The notes under the pieces are model-generated. The model saw nothing but the letters and a program-made list of their open reading frames with translations, was not told the DNA's origin and ran no database searches. From Spirochaetia bacterium (lineage in GTDB: Bacteria > Spirochaetota > Spirochaetia > DSM-2461), in the NCBI GenBank assembly GCA_963668315.1, contig OY764216.1:3776001-3840000 (forward strand): 64,000 nt of DNA. Direction: 5' to 3'. How positions within the stretch are numbered: position 1 is the stretch's first letter; each line of letters opens with the position of its first letter. Below are positions 59,548 through 64,000 of the stretch, piece after piece. The position numbers and the translations under genes were made by a program.

Positions 59548-61508
59548 GTTCCCCCTATTTCCATACCATCATACTGGGAAGCGGCGCCGCTTCTCTCTGC
59601 GCGGCGGTCCGTCTGAAACGATCCGGTATCGACGATATTCTTATCGTGACCGATAATATGAAGGGCGGCACCTCGCGCAATACGGGATCGGATAAACAGA
59701 CCTATTACAAGCTTTCCGATTCCACCATCAATCCCGATTCACCCTACTCCATGGCCGAAGCCCTGTCGGGCGGCGGAGCCATGCACGGGGATATCGCCCT
59801 CGCCGAAGCACTCGGTTCGGAGAGCGGATTCTACCACCTTACCGCCCTGGGCGTCCCCTTCCCTTTTAACCGTTGGGGAGGATATACGGGGTATAAGACC
59901 GATCACGATCCTCTGAACCGCGGCACATCCCTGGGCCCCTACACTTCACGGATGATGGTGGAATACCTGGAAAAAGAGGTGGAACGACTCGCCATTCCCG
60001 TCTGGGACAGACAGGACGGGGTAAAACTTGTCACCCTGAAGGATGACAGCGGCCGGGAAAGAATCGCCGGCCTGGTCCTTCTCGACAGAAATGAACTTTC
60101 CCGCGGTTCCGATGCCCTCAGGACGGTCTGCTGTGATAACCTTATCTTCGGAGTCGGGGGACCGGGAGGTCTTTACAAATCGTCCGTTTATCCTCCCGTC
60201 CATGTAGGAGCCATCGGCCTGGCCCTGGAAATCGGAGCCGAAGCGGTGAATCTTACCGAATCGCAATTCGGCATCGGGTCCGTGAAGTTCCGCTGGAACC
60301 TTTCGGGCAGCTATCAGCAGGTACTCCCCCGCTATTACAGCCGTGATCGGGAAACCGGGGAAACCTTTGATTTCCTCGGAGACTTTTTCTCCTCCCCCGA
60401 AAAAATGACCCATGCGATCTTTCTCAAGGGTTATCAATGGCCATTTGATCCGGCGAAAGTCAGCAATGAAGGTTCCTCTCTGATTGATATACTTGTCTAC
60501 AGGGAGATGGAGATCCTCGGCCGTGACGTCTACATGGATTTCCTTTCCAATCCGTGGAAGGAGGGCGCCTTTGATACGACGTCCCTGAACCGTGAAGTGA
60601 GGGATTACTGGGAAAAATCCGGCCTTACCGGAGCCACACCCCTGGACCGGCTGCGGCAACTCAATCCCGGGGCCATATCCCTGTATCTCGATCATAATAT
60701 CGACCTCTCCCGGGAGTCCCTGCAAATCGGCGTATGCGCCCAGCATAACAACGGGGGTCTGGCCGGCGATATATGGTGGGAATCCACCAATATTGCCCAT
60801 CTCTTTCCCATCGGGGAAGTGAACGGAACCCATGGCGTATACAGACCGGGCGGGACGGCTCTGAACTCCGGCCAGGTGGGCGCGTTCAGAGCCAGCCAGA
60901 AGATCGCCCGGGCCTATGAGAGATCCACTCTGGATATCCGCCGGGCAGAAGACGCCTGCCGGGACGCCAGGGAAGAACTGGGCCGACTTATAGATAACCT
61001 GCCGGCCGCGGATAAGGGAGAAGCCGCCGATCCCCAGGTACTTTACCGGGAAGAGATGCAGAAGAGAATGAGCCTGAATGCGGCTTTCGTCAGGGAATCC
61101 GCTGCTGTTGAGAAAGCCTGCGGGGAAGCGGAACAGCAGCGGGAAAGATTTCAACGCACCGGCCTCGCGGGGTATGACCGTCTCCCCTACGCTCTGAGGA
61201 ACCGTCACATGGCACTGGCCCAATGTTTCTATCTGGAAGCCGTCCGCGACTACCTGGAAAAGGGAGGGGGCAGCCGGGGCTCCTACATCGTCAAGAATGC
61301 AGACGGCGAGGAGCTAAACGAAAAACTGGGCAAGGAGTGGCGCAGCCAGGAAGAAGCTGCGGTTCTGAGAAAAAAGATGCAGTACCTGAAACGGTCAGCA
61401 AACGGGGATATTGAAAACCGTTGGGAGTCATGCCGCCCCATACCCCGGGAGGAATCCTGGTTCGAGACGGTCTGGGCCGCCTATCTGAAGGGAGAAACCT
61501 TCAGATAG
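59544..61508 (+). CDS. FAD-binding protein of the SdhA/FrdA/NadB fold, substrate unknown
   Basis: IILGSGAA, GVGGPGGLY, QHNNGGL and LFPIGEV.GTHGVYRPGGTAL motifs plus an SdhA-like helical C-terminus (SRGSY). Confidence 0.8.
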   Translation: MSSPYFHTIILGSGAASLCAAVRLKRSGIDDILIVTDNMKGGTSRNTGSDKQTYYKLSDSTINPDSPYSMAEALSGGGAMHGDIALAEALGSESGFYHLTALGVPFPFNRWGGYTGYKTDHDPLNRGTSLGPYTSRMMVEYLEKEVERLAIPVWDRQDGVKLVTLKDDSGRERIAGLVLLDRNELSRGSDALRTVCCDNLIFGVGGPGGLYKSSVYPPVHVGAIGLALEIGAEAVNLTESQFGIGSVKFRWNLSGSYQQVLPRYYSRDRETGETFDFLGDFFSSPEKMTHAIFLKGYQWPFDPAKVSNEGSSLIDILVYREMEILGRDVYMDFLSNPWKEGAFDTTSLNREVRDYWEKSGLTGATPLDRLRQLNPGAISLYLDHNIDLSRESLQIGVCAQHNNGGLAGDIWWESTNIAHLFPIGEVNGTHGVYRPGGTALNSGQVGAFRASQKIARAYERSTLDIRRAEDACRDAREELGRLIDNLPAADKGEAADPQVLYREEMQKRMSLNAAFVRESAAVEKACGEAEQQRERFQRTGLAGYDRLPYALRNRHMALAQCFYLEAVRDYLEKGGGSRGSYIVKNADGEELNEKLGKEWRSQEEAAVLRKKMQYLKRSANGDIENRWESCRPIPREESWFETVWAAYLKGETFR

Positions 61509-61523
61509 GTTCCATGGGCAGCC

Positions 61524-63335
61524 CTAGTCTTCGTCGTCCGTTCTGAGAACAGAAAGGAAGGCGGACTGGGGCAGCTCGACATTGCCCACCATCTTCATTC
61601 TCTTCTTTCCTTCTTTCTGCTTTTCCAGAAGCTTTTTCTTACGCGTGATATCGCCGCCGTAACATTTCGATGTAACATCCTTTCTCAGGGCATTAATCGT
61701 CTCGCGGGAAATGATGGAACCGCCGATAGCCGCCTGAATAGGGATCTTGAACTGCTGACGGGGAATCTCCTGCTTCAGTTTTTTGCAGATAGACCGTCCC
61801 CTGGCCTGGGCGTTAGCCCGGAAGACCAGCTGACTCAAGGCATCCACGGGCTCTCCGTTGACAAGAATATCCAGTTTGACCAGATCGGTGGCCTGATACC
61901 CCTTCACTTCGTAATCAAAGGAGGCGTAGCCCCGGCTGACCGACTTGAGCTTATCATAGAAATCGAAAAGAACTTCGCCCAGAGGCATATCGTAACGGAT
62001 CTCGACCCGTTTCTCATCGAGATAATTCATATCGGTCTGAATCCCCCTCTTCTGCATACAGAGGGTCATGATATTTCCCAGAAAATCGGTGGGGGTGATA
62101 ATGGACGCGGTGATATAGGGTTCCTCCGCAGCCTGAATCGTCCCGGGATCGGGAAAGTTCAGCGGATTATCCAGATAATAGGGCGCCCCTTTCTGGGGTA
62201 TGATATGGTACTGGACCGAAGGGCTGGTCAGGACAATGTTAAGCCCGAACTCCCTTTCCAGCCGCTCCTGAATAACTTCGAGATGAAGAAGGCCGAGAAA
62301 GCCGCAGCGGAAACCGAATCCCAGGGCGGCGGAAGAGTCCTTTTCATAGATGAGCGAGGCATCATTCAGCTTCAGCTTATCTATGGCCGAATGGAGTTCC
62401 TCGTACTGATTCGTATCGACCGGATAGATGGAGGAGAAAACGACAGGCTTCACATCACGGAAACCGGGAAGAGGGGAAGACGCGGGTTTGGCACTGCCCG
62501 TGATGGTATCGCCTACGCGGATATCGGAAATATTCTTGATACCGGCGATGATATAGCCGACATCCCCCGCTGCCAGGGAACCGGTCCTCTGAAGTTTCAA
62601 TCGGAAAAGTCCGGCTTCTTCCACCTTATATTCCGCTTCATTGGACATAAGCCTGATGGAATCGCCTTCCTTGATGCTTCCCTCAAACATGCGGATATGG
62701 ATAATAACACCTCTGTAGGCATCATAGTGGGAATCAAAAATGAGAGCCTGGACGGGAGCTTTCTCATCACCACTGGGAGCGGGAATCCACTCGACCAGGC
62801 CTTCGAGGAGCTCATCAACGCCTTTTCCGGTCTTCGCCGATATGGGATAGACGAGATCCTTGTCCAGTCCCAGATCATGTTCCACCTGTTCCTTGACCCT
62901 TTCCAGGTCGGCACTGGGAAGATCCATTTTATTGACAACAGGAATAATCTCCAGATCATGCTCCAGGGCCAGATACATATTGGAAAGCGTCTGGGCTTCC
63001 ACACCCTGGGATGCGTCGATAAGGAGTATGGCCCCCTCGCAGGAGGTAATGGCCCGGGAAACCTCATAGGCGAAGTCCACGTGGCCGGGAGTATCGATAA
63101 GATTGAGCTTATACACCTCTCCGCTGTTGCTCACGTAGTCTATGGTGACGGCCTGGGATTTGATAGTAATCCCCCGTTCCTGTTCGATATCCATGGAATC
63201 GAGCATCTGATTGTGAAATTCCCTGTCAGTAACCATTTTGGCTTTTTCGAGGAACCGGTCAGCCAGTGTGGACTTACCGTGATCTATATGGGCAATAATG
63301 CAAAAGTTTCGAACTTTATCCTGTGCTGTACTCAT
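61524..63335 (-). CDS. lepA: Translation elongation factor 4
   Basis: RNFCIIAHIDHGKSTLADR, DTPGHVDF, GFRCGFLGLLH and KCYGGDITRKKKLLEKQKEGKKRMK motifs. Confidence 0.98.
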   Translation of the reverse strand: MSTAQDKVRNFCIIAHIDHGKSTLADRFLEKAKMVTDREFHNQMLDSMDIEQERGITIKSQAVTIDYVSNSGEVYKLNLIDTPGHVDFAYEVSRAITSCEGAILLIDASQGVEAQTLSNMYLALEHDLEIIPVVNKMDLPSADLERVKEQVEHDLGLDKDLVYPISAKTGKGVDELLEGLVEWIPAPSGDEKAPVQALIFDSHYDAYRGVIIHIRMFEGSIKEGDSIRLMSNEAEYKVEEAGLFRLKLQRTGSLAAGDVGYIIAGIKNISDIRVGDTITGSAKPASSPLPGFRDVKPVVFSSIYPVDTNQYEELHSAIDKLKLNDASLIYEKDSSAALGFGFRCGFLGLLHLEVIQERLEREFGLNIVLTSPSVQYHIIPQKGAPYYLDNPLNFPDPGTIQAAEEPYITASIITPTDFLGNIMTLCMQKRGIQTDMNYLDEKRVEIRYDMPLGEVLFDFYDKLKSVSRGYASFDYEVKGYQATDLVKLDILVNGEPVDALSQLVFRANAQARGRSICKKLKQEIPRQQFKIPIQAAIGGSIISRETINALRKDVTSKCYGGDITRKKKLLEKQKEGKKRMKMVGNVELPQSAFLSVLRTDDED

Positions 63336-63371
63336 CGGGGCTACTATACATGATCTTCAGAAAATCATCAA
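63336..63371 (-). promoter_or_regulatory. Sigma70-type promoter, probably leaderless, for lepA
   Basis: TTGATG-N17-TATAGT-N7-ATG with no Shine-Dalgarno. Confidence 0.6.
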
Positions 63372-63383
63372 TAAGCCTTTGCA

Positions 63384-64000
63384 TTACAGGAAATAATTCA
63401 TACCATAGGGAAGTCCCAGCTGAAGGCCGCTCTGCATAAATCCGGATTTTCGCGCCTTGATGACTATCTGAATGATGAGGACCTTATCCTCCTCGCTGTT
63501 CAGCCAGCGGTTCAGGGTAAAGGAATCCCCCTTAACCAGGCCGGATTCATCGGCGATAGACCCGGGGAAGACCTCTTCCACACGGTACTGGCGGAAGTTT
63601 CTTCCCCTGTTCAGCCTCACCGTGGTCATTCCGAATATGGGGGCGAACAAATTATCGATGGAATCCCGGTTCATCAGAGTGGCCAGGGGATAGCGGGGCC
63701 TTTTCTCCACCCCCACCGGGATGGTGATCTCCCTGCCGTCCCTCATAACATCGAGGGTCACCATTTCGCCGGGAAGAGAGGCTATGAGAATATTCTGGAT
63801 GTCGGGGATTCCCTGAACCTCTTCGCCGTTCACCCTCAGGATTTGATCTCCCACCTCAAGGGAACACAGTTCAGCGGACGTGCCCGGTACGGTGTACCGG
63901 TTGATCAGCCGGTTGAATTCCTTGTAGGCGACTATGCCCATCCAGCCGTATTCTATCTGCCCGCCCTCGTATAAACGGGGCAGAAGTTCCTTCACATAGG
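63384..64000 (-). CDS. PDZ-domain protein, probably the C-terminus of an S1C serine protease, truncated by the window edge
   Basis: Frame is open to the window end; YGWMGI entry, PDZ segment PGTSAELCSLEVGDQILRVNG and a second PDZ-like segment PGSIADESGLVKGD. Confidence 0.7.
   Translation of the reverse strand, partial: YVKELLPRLYEGGQIEYGWMGIVAYKEFNRLINRYTVPGTSAELCSLEVGDQILRVNGEEVQGIPDIQNILIASLPGEMVTLDVMRDGREITIPVGVEKRPRYPLATLMNRDSIDNLFAPIFGMTTVRLNRGRNFRQYRVEEVFPGSIADESGLVKGDSFTLNRWLNSEEDKVLIIQIVIKARKSGFMQSGLQLGLPYGMNYFL

Noticed and set aside
59946..63353. Long ORFs 59946..61223 (-) and 62205..63353 (+)
   Set aside because: They are antisense shadows of the FAD flavoprotein and lepA, with no independent coding evidence.
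1..64000. CRISPR arrays, IS elements, prophage, toxin-antitoxin or defence genes
   Set aside because: No regularly spaced repeats, transposase, integrase or nuclease motifs were seen, and intergenic spaces are too short to hide arrays.

Overview
This is a gene-dense window of mostly core chromosome with no transposase, integrase, prophage, CRISPR array or rRNA. Gene content and order (pgk-tpiA-secG, phoH-HDIG-ybeY-corC-TPR, folD next to a TP0733-like barrel, a DUF5312-like gene) point to a spirochete, probably a free-living Spirochaetaceae; this is inference. In order it carries: (1) a surface-glycan locus with a wecA-like 3' end, two Wzi-like paralogues facing each other across wcaJ, and gmhB-gmhA-hldE plus a GT9 heptosyltransferase; (2) purN-purM-cmoA-djlA, argS, carAB, tRNA-Glu(CUC), tRNA-Gln(CUG) and aspartate kinase; (3) envelope genes (CAP protein, NrnA, adhesin-like lipoproteins, LCP, HtrA, SurA-like proteins); (4) pgk-tpiA-secG and the phoH operon; (5) an SGNH-MBOAT-SGNH O-acylation cassette next to a ChvG/ChvI-like two-component system; (6) a LacI-linked two-flavoprotein module, then lepA. 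The best candidate for an undescribed system is the module at 57.1-61.5 kb: a truncated Fe-S Old Yellow Enzyme, an orphan SdhA-fold flavoprotein with altered active sites, a hinge-less LacI and a candidate palindromic operator. A window-wide pattern of apparently leaderless promoters also stands out. All calls come from motif recognition by eye; no searches were run.
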